DNA of 63,161 bases, the filler included. It is 4 parts of 4 records of this genome, joined end to end, with 100 filler letters (N's around TTAATTAATTAA, not from the genome) between each part and the next. Parts side by side here need not be neighbours in the genome. Positions count along the whole stretch, not along the records: positions 33,505 to 51,468 come from SRR22947727_859; positions 51,569 to 63,161 come from SRR22947727_862; 2 more parts are not named here. One strand, given 5' to 3'. Below the pieces are notes generated by a model, which saw nothing but the letters and a program-made list of their open reading frames with translations, was not told the DNA's origin and made no database searches. Shown in pieces: positions 43,373 to 52,993 of the stretch. Each line of letters begins with the position of its first letter. Positions within the stretch are counted from its first letter, which is position 1. The position numbers and the translations under genes were made by a program.

Positions 43373-44860
43373 ATGAATATTAAGCGAGGCAGCGCATATG
43401 TGCCCGTTATAACCGCAAAAGCCCCTGGGCAGATAAGCTTTAAAGCCGTGAAACTGGCCTTTCTGGTGACAATTTTGGTTCTTTTACAAAGCCTAATGGC
43501 GGCGGCGCGCAGCGCTCCGGAAAGCTTTGCTGATCTGGTTGAAGAGATTAGCCCCGCTGTGGTCAATATTACGACAACGACAAAAATGTCGGAAAATGTA
43601 ATGCCACGCGGCGTGGTGCCCGAGGGCAGCCCATTTGAGGATCTTTTTCGCGATTTTAATGAGCGTGGCCCCTCGCGGCCTGGACCGCGCAGAGGCTCGG
43701 CGCTTGGGTCAGGCTTTGTGATTTCAGAAGATGGCTATGTGGTGACCAATAACCACGTGATCGAAGGTGCTGATGAGATTATGGTTGAGTTTTCCGATGG
43801 GGCAGAGCTTTCTGCAACATTGGTTGGAGTTGATAAAAACGTTGATATCGCGGTTTTGAAAGTAGAGGCAGAGGGTCCGCTTGCTTTCGTTGCCTTTGGC
43901 AATAGCGATGTGGCGCGCGTGGGCGATTGGGTGATGGCCATCGGCAATCCTTTAGGGCAGGGGTTTTCGGTATCAGCGGGGATAATTTCGGCTAGAAATC
44001 GTGAGTTATCAGGTAATTATGACGATTATATTCAGACGGATGCAGCGATTAACCGCGGCAATTCGGGCGGCCCTTTGTTCAATATGAACGGGGATGTGAT
44101 CGGTGTGAATACGGCCATCCTCTCGCCGAATGGCGGATCGATAGGGATTGGCTTTTCCATGTCGTCCAATGTGGTTTTGCCCGTTGTTGATCAAATCCGG
44201 GAATTTGGCGAAGTGCGTCGGGGCTGGTTGGGCGTGAATATTGGCAATGTCACCGATGAAATGGCGGATGCGCTTGCGATGGATGAACCATCTGGTGCCA
44301 TCGTGTTGGATGTTTTTGATGGCCCGGCGAAAGCGGCAGGCCTGCAAGTGACCGATGTGATCGTGATGTTTGACGGGCAGGCGGTTACCGATTCTGGATC
44401 CCTGGTCAAATTGGTTGGCAAATCGCCCGTGGGCAAAGTTGTAAAGACGATCGTATTGCGCGACGGGCAGCGTAAAACGCTGGACGTGATTTTGGGGCAA
44501 CGGCCGGGTGAAGAGGCAATTTTGGCAACCGCGCCAGTGCCAGAGGAAACGATAGAGGTGCCAAAAGCCGAGCTGCTTGGTTTAACGCTGTCAAACATCA
44601 CGGATGAGTTGCGCGAAGAAAATGCTTTGGATGGCAGCGTTGAAGGGTTGTTAATCACTAATGTCGATGAAAGTTCGGATGCCTATGAAAAAGGGATCCG
44701 CGCAGGCGATATCATCACCGATGCGGGCCAGCAAACGATCAGCGATATTGCCGAACTTGAAGCGCAAATTGTTGCAACGCGTGAGGCGGGTCGGCAATCG
44801 GTTCTCGTGTTGGTGCGGCGGGAAGGTCAACCGCGTTTTGTTGTGCTAAGCGTCGAATAA
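43373..44860 (+). CDS. degP: Do/DegP-family serine endopeptidase
   Basis: TNNHV, DIAVL, GNSGGP catalytic triad, two PDZ domains. Confidence 0.93.
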   Translation: MNIKRGSAYVPVITAKAPGQISFKAVKLAFLVTILVLLQSLMAAARSAPESFADLVEEISPAVVNITTTTKMSENVMPRGVVPEGSPFEDLFRDFNERGPSRPGPRRGSALGSGFVISEDGYVVTNNHVIEGADEIMVEFSDGAELSATLVGVDKNVDIAVLKVEAEGPLAFVAFGNSDVARVGDWVMAIGNPLGQGFSVSAGIISARNRELSGNYDDYIQTDAAINRGNSGGPLFNMNGDVIGVNTAILSPNGGSIGIGFSMSSNVVLPVVDQIREFGEVRRGWLGVNIGNVTDEMADALAMDEPSGAIVLDVFDGPAKAAGLQVTDVIVMFDGQAVTDSGSLVKLVGKSPVGKVVKTIVLRDGQRKTLDVILGQRPGEEAILATAPVPEETIEVPKAELLGLTLSNITDELREENALDGSVEGLLITNVDESSDAYEKGIRAGDIITDAGQQTISDIAELEAQIVATREAGRQSVLVLVRREGQPRFVVLSVE

Positions 44861-44877
44861 AAAAGAGAAAAAAGATA

Positions 44878-44905
44878 CACGGGGCAGATTATATTCTGTC
44901 CCGTG
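44878..44905. terminator. Intrinsic terminator between convergent degP and OB-fold gene
   Basis: CACGGGGCAGA-ttatat-TCTGTCCCGTG hairpin preceded by an A-rich tract (U-rich on the minus strand). Confidence 0.65.
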
Positions 44906-44920
44906 CCTTAATGAGGGCGG

Positions 44921-45298
44921 TTAAGCCGAATGCGTCTCGCCTTGTGCTTTATCCTGCGTAAGCAAGTGATCCAGCAAAGGTGAGATATCTTCAATCTCTC
45001 GGGCAATCACATGCGTTACACCCGCTTCGCGCTGCAAATGCCCCGTGACCCGCATCAGCCGCGCCGACAGAATAGCCCGCCGAAATTGTTCATATACTTT
45101 ACGCCAAACCACGATGTTAATCGTGCCTGTTTCATCTTCTAAGGTGATAAAAATTACCCCTTTCGCAGTGCCGGGCCGTTGCCTTAAAATGACCAATCCG
45201 GCCACGCATATGCGATCAGCGGTGGCAGCATAGGGCAGGTGATCCGCCGGGCAGGCCGAGGGAGGCTTTGGATATCTGGGAAAATGAGGGTTTTGCAT
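44921..45298 (-). CDS. Stand-alone OB-fold protein homologous to the C-terminus of DnaE2 (ImuC)
   Basis: VAGLVILRQRPGTAKGVIFITLEDETGTINIVVW...VTGHLQREAGVTHVIA is the DnaE2 C-terminal OB motif; 125 aa from ATG 45298. Confidence 0.85.
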   Translation of the reverse strand: MQNPHFPRYPKPPSACPADHLPYAATADRICVAGLVILRQRPGTAKGVIFITLEDETGTINIVVWRKVYEQFRRAILSARLMRVTGHLQREAGVTHVIAREIEDISPLLDHLLTQDKAQGETHSA

Positions 45299-45300
45299 GA

Positions 45301-45315
45301 GAACAAAAATAGAAC
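45301..45315 (-). promoter_or_regulatory. Alphaproteobacterial LexA (SOS) box
   Basis: Plus strand GAAC-AAAAATA-GAAC (= GTTC-N7-GTTC on minus), 2 nt upstream of the OB-fold ATG. Confidence 0.85.
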
Positions 45316-45406
45316 ATTTAACTTTTATGACAAGTTGTAAATTTTCGCTCTCGCAAAATGGCGCTACTATGCGTATCAGCATGATTCAACAAAGCGAAGT
45401 GTTTAA

Positions 45407-45742
<336 letters not shown>

Positions 45743-45788
45743 GCCAATCTTCAAGTTCTGAGCATCCTGAAAAAACCGGATCGGGCGC

Positions 45789-47051
45789 TTACAGGGCCCG
45801 CCATCCGATATCGGTGCGGTGGAAGCCGTCTGGCCAATCAATCTTTTCCAGCAGCTCATAGGCGCGGCTTTGCGCCGCGCTCAGCGTTTCCGCGCGCGCG
45901 GTGACGTTTAAAACCCGCCCACCATTTGCGCGCAGCGTCGTGCCCTCTTGTTTCGTGCCAGCATGAAACACCATCTGTTGGGAATCAAAGGCCAGATCGT
46001 CTAAGCCTTTTATCTCGCTGCCCTTTTGATAGGCGTCCGGATAGCCTTGGGTTGCCAAAACGACGGTGAGCGCGTGATCATCTGCCCAATTTATTTTGGC
46101 GGTGTTCAGTTGCCCCTGCGCCGTTGCCAGCATCAGATCAAGCGCTTGCGCGCCAAGACGCATCATCAGCACTTGGCACTCAGGATCGCCAAAGCGGACG
46201 TTATATTCCACAAGGCGGGGTTGCCCTTCTTTGATCATTAGTCCTGCATAAAGCACGCCTTGATAAGGGATACCGCGCCGGCGCATTTCGGCCATCGTGG
46301 GGCGGATAATCTCATGCAATGCTTTCTCAGCAATCTCCTGTGTCAGCACCGGCGCTGGCGAGTAGGCCCCCATGCCGCCGGTATTGGGGCCGCTATCACC
46401 ATCGCCCACGCGCTTGTGATCTTGGGCGCTGCCCATCGGCAACACATTCTCGCCATCGCAGAGCACAAAGAAAGAGGCTTCTTCACCTTCCATGAACTCT
46501 TCAATCACGACTTCTGCGCCTGCGCTGCCAAATTCACCCGCGAACATGTCATCCACGGCAGAACAGGCAGTTTGGATATCTTCGGCGATAATCACGCCCT
46601 TGCCTGCGGCCAAGCCATCGGCCTTTACCACGATTGGTGCCCCTTGCGCGGCGATATAGGTTTTCGCGCTTTGCGCATCGCTAAAATGCCCATAGGCTGC
46701 GGTTGGCGCTTTGGCGGCATCACAAATTTGTTTGGTGAAGTTTTTGCTGGCTTCCAGCGCCGCGGCGGCTTTGCTAGGGCCAAAGGTTAAAATATCAGCC
46801 GCTCGCAACGCATCCGAAACACCCAGCGCCAGCGGAGCCTCTGGGCCGATAATCACAAAATCAATTTCCTGCTGCTGTACGAATGTCAGGATTGCGGCCG
46901 CATCCTCAATATCTATGGCAACGCACTCCCCCAACGCTGCCATGCCGGGGTTTCCGGGCGCCATCCAGAGCCGATCACATTTTGGGTTCTGCTGTACGGC
47001 CCAGGCCAAAGCATGTTCGCGCCCACCGCTGCCCAATATTAAGATATTCAT
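45789..47051 (-). CDS. purD: Phosphoribosylamine--glycine ligase
   Basis: GSGGREHAL, KADGLAAGKGV, QDHKR, GPNTGGMG, EYNVRFGDPE. Confidence 0.97.
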   Translation of the reverse strand: MNILILGSGGREHALAWAVQQNPKCDRLWMAPGNPGMAALGECVAIDIEDAAAILTFVQQQEIDFVIIGPEAPLALGVSDALRAADILTFGPSKAAAALEASKNFTKQICDAAKAPTAAYGHFSDAQSAKTYIAAQGAPIVVKADGLAAGKGVIIAEDIQTACSAVDDMFAGEFGSAGAEVVIEEFMEGEEASFFVLCDGENVLPMGSAQDHKRVGDGDSGPNTGGMGAYSPAPVLTQEIAEKALHEIIRPTMAEMRRRGIPYQGVLYAGLMIKEGQPRLVEYNVRFGDPECQVLMMRLGAQALDLMLATAQGQLNTAKINWADDHALTVVLATQGYPDAYQKGSEIKGLDDLAFDSQQMVFHAGTKQEGTTLRANGGRVLNVTARAETLSAAQSRAYELLEKIDWPDGFHRTDIGWRAL

Positions 47052-47124
47052 TGCGCCTGCTCCTCTTGGCCTTTGCTTAACGGCGTTCTAAGCTGGCCTT
47101 AAGCAAGACACAAGTGAGGCGTTT

Positions 47125-48672
47125 ATGTCAGATTTAATCGATGATCCGGTCGCTGGTTTTAACCAGCCAGAATTTACTGTTTCGGAAATTTCTGGTGCAA
47201 TCAAACGTCTGATCGAAGGTGAGTTTTCGCATATCCGCTTGAAGGGCGAGATTGGACGCGTGTCCTATCCGAGATCGGGCCATGTCTACCTAGATCTGAA
47301 AGATGAAAAATCTGTGATTTCGGCGGTGGTCTGGAAGGGCGTTGCCGCGCGCTTGCCAATGCGCCCCGAAGAAGGGCTCGAAGTGGTTGCAACCGGGCGG
47401 GTGACCACCTTTGCTGGCCAGTCAAAATATCAATTGATTATAGAGGATCTTAAACCGGCCGGTATGGGCGCATTGATGGCGATGTTGGAAAAGCGCAAAG
47501 CTCAGTTGGCGGCGGAAGGTTTGTTTGATGCCGGGCGTAAAAAGCCTTTGCCGTATTTGCCCAACGTGATTGGCGTGGTGACATCGCCTTCCGGAGCGGT
47601 GATCCGCGATATTTTGCATCGATTGCGCGACCGCTTTCCCCGCAAAGTGCTGATTTGGCCGGTGGCTGTGCAGGGCGAGCGCTGCGCGGGCGAGGTCAGC
47701 CGCGCCATAGCTGGCTTTAACGCGCTTGAGGCGGGTGGAGCAATTCCACGCCCCGACTTGCTGATTGTGGCGCGTGGCGGCGGCTCGTTGGAAGATCTTT
47801 GGGGTTTCAATGAAGAAAGCGTGGCGCGCGCCGCTGCTGCGTCAGACATTCCGCTTATCTCGGCTGTGGGCCATGAAACCGATACCACGTTGATTGATTA
47901 TGTTTCAGATAAGCGGGCGCCAACCCCCACAGCAGCGGCCGAACTGGCGGTGCCCGTGCGCCACGAGCTGGCGGCTTGGGTGAACGCTCAGGATGCGCGC
48001 ATGAGCCAAGCTTTAAGCACATCTTTTGGGCGAAACCGGCAACGTGTGGCTGATTTGGCGCGGGCCCTACCGCGATTAGAGACGATTTTGGAAAACCCGC
48101 GGCAAAGGCTGGATTTTCTGTCAGAGCGTTTACCCACCGCCTTGCGCGGCTTGGTGCAAAGCCGGCGTTTAGCGCTTTCTGAAACCGCAGGCCGCCTTAA
48201 TTTTGATGGGTTAAGGCAGCGTCTGAAAACGGCGGGTTTGAAATTGCACGCCTGCGAGCATCGTTTGGATCCGGCATTGCGTCATGGATTGCAACGCAAG
48301 CAAGATATTTTGACGCAAAAAACGCAGCAATTACATCCGCGCGCGCTGCGCCGTGACATCGCGCAAGGGCGCAAAGATCTTGCGCAGTTGGCGCGCCGGT
48401 TACGGGATGCAACCGATGTAGCGCTGTTAAAATCAAAGCAGCAATTGGACGGGTTGGAGCGCTTGCGCGAAACGTTGGGCTATAAGGCGACGTTGCATCG
48501 CGGCTATGCGGTTGTGCGCGCGCAAGACACAGTGATTACTTCGCGCCAAGCCGCCAAAGCAGCCTCTGGATTAGAAATTGAATTTGCCGATGGGCGTTTT
48601 GCTGTGGGCGAGCCGCGCGCCAAGCCAGCACGGGCGCATTCTAAATCTTCCGATCAAGGGTCGTTATTCTAG
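47125..48672 (+). CDS. xseA: Exodeoxyribonuclease VII large subunit
   Basis: SGHVYLDLKD, VARGGGSLEDLWGFN, SAVGHETD, APTPTAAAE, LHRGY. Confidence 0.96.
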   Translation: MSDLIDDPVAGFNQPEFTVSEISGAIKRLIEGEFSHIRLKGEIGRVSYPRSGHVYLDLKDEKSVISAVVWKGVAARLPMRPEEGLEVVATGRVTTFAGQSKYQLIIEDLKPAGMGALMAMLEKRKAQLAAEGLFDAGRKKPLPYLPNVIGVVTSPSGAVIRDILHRLRDRFPRKVLIWPVAVQGERCAGEVSRAIAGFNALEAGGAIPRPDLLIVARGGGSLEDLWGFNEESVARAAAASDIPLISAVGHETDTTLIDYVSDKRAPTPTAAAELAVPVRHELAAWVNAQDARMSQALSTSFGRNRQRVADLARALPRLETILENPRQRLDFLSERLPTALRGLVQSRRLALSETAGRLNFDGLRQRLKTAGLKLHACEHRLDPALRHGLQRKQDILTQKTQQLHPRALRRDIAQGRKDLAQLARRLRDATDVALLKSKQQLDGLERLRETLGYKATLHRGYAVVRAQDTVITSRQAAKAASGLEIEFADGRFAVGEPRAKPARAHSKSSDQGSLF

Positions 48673-49047
48673 AGGCCTGATCGCCGTTTTGCCGTTTGTT
48701 GGCGCCTTGCTATGAGTCTGGTGAAACCTTCAATCTTCGGGTTTCCTGCGTTTTGAAGCTCAGGGTTTGCAGTGAAGAATTTTCGCTGAGCGGCAAGATT
48801 ATTGTCTGTGACGCAAATCTTTTTTGTAAATAGGCGTTGCCCAACGGACCTACGCGAGATGGCTGCATGATTTGCCAAAAGCGCGGTTTTCATCGCGCTT
48901 GCACAGAGTAGAATGTTTCCGATCCGCGCCTTTTTCTCGGATATTGTTAAGCTTAGAACGTATCTGCACAGCGCTATGTCGTTTTTGGGCTTCATAAAAC
49001 CGGCCAAGCACAGCTAGGGTGGCGCGAGAAGCGCAGGAGCAGATCGC

Positions 49048-50733
49048 ATGGCATTGGATGAACGTAAAGGCGTTTGGAAATCGGGCAAAGGCAAGGGGCG
49101 TCATACGCCGAAGGGCCGCCAATATGAAGATCAAGCGCTGCAAGAGGTGCAAGTGTTGCTGGGCCCGCAACCTCGCGAGCGGGATTTACTGATCGAGTTT
49201 TTACATCTTATCCAAGATGAGTATGGGCATTTATCCGCGGCGCATTTGCGGGCCTTGGCGGAAGAAATGCGCCTGTCGATGGCTGAAATATACGAAGTGG
49301 CCAGTTTTTATGCGCATTTTGACGTGGTCAAAGAAGGCGAAACACCGCCTCCTGCCTTGACCATTCGAGTTTGCGACAGTTTGAGCTGCGAATTGGCGGG
49401 GGCTGCGAATTTACAAAAGGCTTTGCAGGATGGGTTAGATCCAAGCCAAGTGCGGGTGCTGCGTGCGCCCTGTATGGGGCGTTGTGATACCGCCCCCGTG
49501 CTAGAGCTTGGCCATAACCACATTGATCACGCCACAGTTGAGGCCGTCGAGCGGGCGATTGCGGCGCAGGCCACGCACCCAATAATCCCAGATTATGAAA
49601 CCCTGTCTGAATATCAACAAAATGGCGGCTATCGCGCGCTGCAAGAGCTTCGCCAATCTGGGGATTGGGAGGCGCTGCAGGATAAGGTTCTGGCCTCTGG
49701 TTTGCGCGGGCTTGGTGGTGCGGGTTTCCCGTCGGGTAAAAAATGGGGCTTTGTTCGGGCCAATGAAGGCCCGCGGTATTTGGCTGTGAATGGTGATGAA
49801 GGCGAGCCGGGCACATTTAAAGACCGCTATTATCTTGAGCGCATGCCGCATCTCTTTCTTGAGGGTATGTTGATGGCGGCATGGGCAGTTGAGGCGGAAA
49901 AGGCCTTTATTTATATGCGCGATGAATATCCGGCTGTGTTGAAAATTTTAGCCGATGAGATTGCTGCGCTTGAAGCGGCGGGTCTTGTGCCTGCGGGCTA
50001 TATTGACCTACGGCGCGGCGCCGGAGCTTATATCTGCGGCGAAGAAAGCGCGATGATCGAAAGCATTGAGGGCAAGCGTGGCATGCCCCGCCATCGCCCG
50101 CCTTTTGTGGCGCAGGTTGGCATTTTTGGGCGTCCGACGCTGGTGCATAATGTCGAAACTCTGCATTGGGTGTGCCGGATCGCCCGCGAAGGTCCGCAAA
50201 TTCTTAGCAGCGTAGAAAAAAACAGTCGTACAGGTTTGCGCTCATATTCTGTGTCAGGGCGGGTCCAAAACCCTGGCGTTTACCTTTTGCCCGCCGGCTC
50301 TACGATTACCGATATAATCGCGGCAAGCGGCGGGATGGCGCAGGGGCATGCGTTCAAGGCCTACCAGCCGGGGGGGCCGTCTTCTGGCCTATTGCCCGCC
50401 TCAATGAATGATATTCCGCTGGATTTTGATACGCTGCAGCCGCATGGATCCTTTATTGGCTCTGCCGCGGTTGTTGTTCTGTCAGATCAGGACCGGGCCC
50501 GCGATGCGGCTCTGAATATGCTGAGGTTTTTTGAAGATGAGAGCTGCGGCCAATGCACCCCCTGCCGCGTTGGCTGCGAAAAGGCTGTGAAGCTGATGCA
50601 GTCTGAGAGCTGGGATCAACCATTGCTGGGGGAATTGTGCACCGCGATGCAAGATGCCTCGATTTGTGGTTTGGGGCAGGCGGCGCCAAACCCGATCTTA
50701 ATGACGATGAAGCATTTCTCTGACGAGATATAA
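49048..50733 (+). CDS. NuoE-NuoF fused diaphorase (NAD-dependent formate dehydrogenase beta-subunit type)
   Basis: 2Fe-2S CDSLSC...CMGRC, GLRGLGGAGFP, GDEGEPG, YICGEESA, ESCGQCTPCRVG...SICGLG. Confidence 0.9.
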   Translation: MALDERKGVWKSGKGKGRHTPKGRQYEDQALQEVQVLLGPQPRERDLLIEFLHLIQDEYGHLSAAHLRALAEEMRLSMAEIYEVASFYAHFDVVKEGETPPPALTIRVCDSLSCELAGAANLQKALQDGLDPSQVRVLRAPCMGRCDTAPVLELGHNHIDHATVEAVERAIAAQATHPIIPDYETLSEYQQNGGYRALQELRQSGDWEALQDKVLASGLRGLGGAGFPSGKKWGFVRANEGPRYLAVNGDEGEPGTFKDRYYLERMPHLFLEGMLMAAWAVEAEKAFIYMRDEYPAVLKILADEIAALEAAGLVPAGYIDLRRGAGAYICGEESAMIESIEGKRGMPRHRPPFVAQVGIFGRPTLVHNVETLHWVCRIAREGPQILSSVEKNSRTGLRSYSVSGRVQNPGVYLLPAGSTITDIIAASGGMAQGHAFKAYQPGGPSSGLLPASMNDIPLDFDTLQPHGSFIGSAAVVVLSDQDRARDAALNMLRFFEDESCGQCTPCRVGCEKAVKLMQSESWDQPLLGELCTAMQDASICGLGQAAPNPILMTMKHFSDEI

Positions 50734-50744
50734 CTAACTTTTTC

Positions 50745-50765
50745 GGGCGCCTTAAGGCGCTTTTT
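50745..50765 (+). terminator. Intrinsic terminator after the diaphorase gene
   Basis: GGGCGCC-TTAA-GGCGC followed by TTTTT. Confidence 0.7.
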
Positions 50766-50896
50766 ATGGCTTTACGCTGGCGATAAGCGGGCAATGTCGT
50801 TGAAGGCAGGTAGAGCCGTAAGCCTGCCTCTGCTTTGTCCCCTCTTCCATCTGGCGCTGATGTCGCTTAGGTGAAGGAGAAGACGCGGAGGCAGCC

Positions 50897-51468
50897 ATGG
50901 CATTTTTTAAAAAGCTTAAAGATCGTTTGTTTCGATCATCCTCAAAGCTGGAAGACGGCTTAGACTCAATTGTGGCCGAGGGTGGAAGCCTTGAGCAGAA
51001 TATTGTGGAAAACCTGCAAACAAGCGCCGAGGCCTCTGTACTGGTTGATACAGAGCAACAGAGCGCATCAATCGATGAAGCCGATCCAAGCCTGGGCGGA
51101 AAAAAGCCTTTAGATGACCATTTTGCAGCGCAGAGCGATCAGCACATATCTGCGCCCTCTTTTGCGCCGCAAGCCAAGCCTATAGAGGCGGTTGATGCGC
51201 CCTTGACCGACAGCGCCCCTGCGCAACAAGGTGAGAGTTTGAAGGCCACTTCTTCCCTAATATCAGCGCAAGGCTCTGCGGGCCGCGCCATGCCGCCGAC
51301 GGTCGATCCTATGACAGAAGAAATGGCGCAGGATCAGGCGCAAATAATGGGTAAAACAGATACGGATTTGGGTGTTGATGCAGATCGTATCGCCGCGGCG
51401 CCTGCTGCGGGTGAAAGAGACACAGACACCGTTGTTAACCAAGCTGCTGCCAGCCAAGCTGCTGCCAG
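50897..51468 (+). CDS. ftsY: SRP receptor FtsY, N-terminal acidic region (truncated)
   Basis: MAFFKKLKDRLFRSSSKLEDGLDSIV N-terminus typical of Rhodobacteraceae FtsY; GGAGG SD; GTPase domain not in the window. Confidence 0.7.
51439..51468 (+). repeat. 15-bp tandem repeat (x2) at contig end
   Basis: CCAAGCTGCTGCCAG twice, encoding QAAAS units. Confidence 0.9.
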
Positions 51469-51568
51469 NNNNNNNNNNNNNNNNNNNNNNNNNNNNNNNN
51501 NNNNNNNNNNNNTTAATTAATTAANNNNNNNNNNNNNNNNNNNNNNNNNNNNNNNNNNNNNNNNNNNN
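51469..51568. other. Artificial contig linker
   Basis: 44 N + TTAATTAATTAA + 44 N. Confidence 0.98.
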
Positions 51569-51604
51569 GGTTGATTCATCGAACAGACCCTGTTGGTTTG
51601 TAGA

Positions 51605-52993
51605 ATGCGATTTTTTACGTTTCTCTTTTGTCTGGGGCTTTCAATAGCGCGCGCTGATGAGCCGTTCAAATTCCCAGTTGGTTTGGATTCTGAATTCAAA
51701 GCCTTTTCGGCGACACTGGCCTCAAGAGAAGCACTTGATCCCAATCGATGGAAACCATCAATCTTGGTTATTTCGGAAACTCAGCCCGAATCATTGCAGA
51801 ACAATAAATTTCTCCTGTCGTTTGTTGAATTCTCGAACGTGGCAACGTTTCCACCGGAGGGAAATGCCTATGTTTCCAAAGAGCAATATTTGTGGCGCTG
51901 GATTCAAGCCCTCGGTCCGGATGCGGTCGTGACAGATAATGAATCGCTTCGAACTGCGTTGAAATCATTGATCCCGACATATTCTTCGCTTGCTGATTTG
52001 CCGGTAAAAATCGAGCCATCGCCGGTGCAGTTGGAGTTGAAAAGTCGATCTGCGCGAACGCCAACTGAAGTCGCGGAAGCACTTTCCAAACACTACGGGA
52101 ATCACCTGAAGAGCGCGACTTATCAACCCGCGCTGGCGATGATAGGCCGAAGTCGTTTGGCAAAACTGACCGGAAAAAACATCGATGCTGAATTGATCGA
52201 GATCGCAAAAGCCGCGCCTGAATCAACAAAGATGTCGGCGAGCCATTACTCGGGGCATCTGATTTTTGCTGAGTTGGGAATGACAGATCAAACGGTTTCG
52301 GCTGCGCGGCTGGCGATCAAAAATCCGTCCGATAATCAGATGAGCGATTCAGTTTTCATGGTGTGTCCGCTTCTGGCTGCCGCAGGCCGTCTGGCTGATG
52401 ACGAAGCGTTTTATCAAGCCTGCGTGATTTATCTCGATCAGATGCAGAAACTCTGCCTGCGCCCTGACGGGCTTTATCGGCATTCGCCGTTGGATGAAGC
52501 GGCGTGGGGCAGGGGAAATGGATTTCCTGTTTTGGGGCTCGCTTGGGTGCTGTCAGAGATGCCCGAGTCACTTGCGATGCGAGAGCGGGTGGAGCTCGAT
52601 TTTGTGAAGCATATCGAAGTGCTGGTAAAGCATCAGGATGCTTCGGGAATGTGGCATCAAGTCATCGATAAGCCGGGGAGCTATCGTGAATTCACTAGCA
52701 CTTGTATGATCACATTTGCGATCACGCGAGGAATGGAAATGGGCGTGCTTGATTCAAAGATCTACGAGCCGATCGCGAATCGCGGTTGGGAGGCGATCAA
52801 ACTGCGGATCAGCCTTGATGGGAAATCATTCACCGACGGATGCACTGGAACGGGGAAACAGAAAACCGAACAAGATTATTTTTTGCGAACGGCGATTCTT
52901 GGACCCGATGAACGCTGTGGTGCGATGGCACTGATGGTTTCCACCGAGCGAGCGGCTTGGGAGGAAACTCTAAGGTTAAGAAACCAAAAATGA
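51605..52993 (+). CDS. Secreted glycoside hydrolase family 88/105-like protein
   Basis: Signal peptide, MSDSVFM, DGLYRH, AWGRGNG, QDASGMWHQV, EFTSTCM. Confidence 0.8.
   Translation: MRFFTFLFCLGLSIARADEPFKFPVGLDSEFKAFSATLASREALDPNRWKPSILVISETQPESLQNNKFLLSFVEFSNVATFPPEGNAYVSKEQYLWRWIQALGPDAVVTDNESLRTALKSLIPTYSSLADLPVKIEPSPVQLELKSRSARTPTEVAEALSKHYGNHLKSATYQPALAMIGRSRLAKLTGKNIDAELIEIAKAAPESTKMSASHYSGHLIFAELGMTDQTVSAARLAIKNPSDNQMSDSVFMVCPLLAAAGRLADDEAFYQACVIYLDQMQKLCLRPDGLYRHSPLDEAAWGRGNGFPVLGLAWVLSEMPESLAMRERVELDFVKHIEVLVKHQDASGMWHQVIDKPGSYREFTSTCMITFAITRGMEMGVLDSKIYEPIANRGWEAIKLRISLDGKSFTDGCTGTGKQKTEQDYFLRTAILGPDERCGAMALMVSTERAAWEETLRLRNQK

Noticed and set aside
44921..45382. DnaE2 fragment as a simple pseudogene
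   Set aside because: Reading frame intact, no upstream polymerase remnants, and a LexA box and promoter sit exactly at its start; kept as a CDS
48709..48730. CTATGAG...GAAAC resembling a hammerhead ribozyme core
   Set aside because: The core is not CTGANGA and the required flanking stems are not evident
48669..49007. 112-aa minus-strand ORF between xseA and the diaphorase
   Set aside because: No recognisable homology or SD; more likely a non-coding regulatory region
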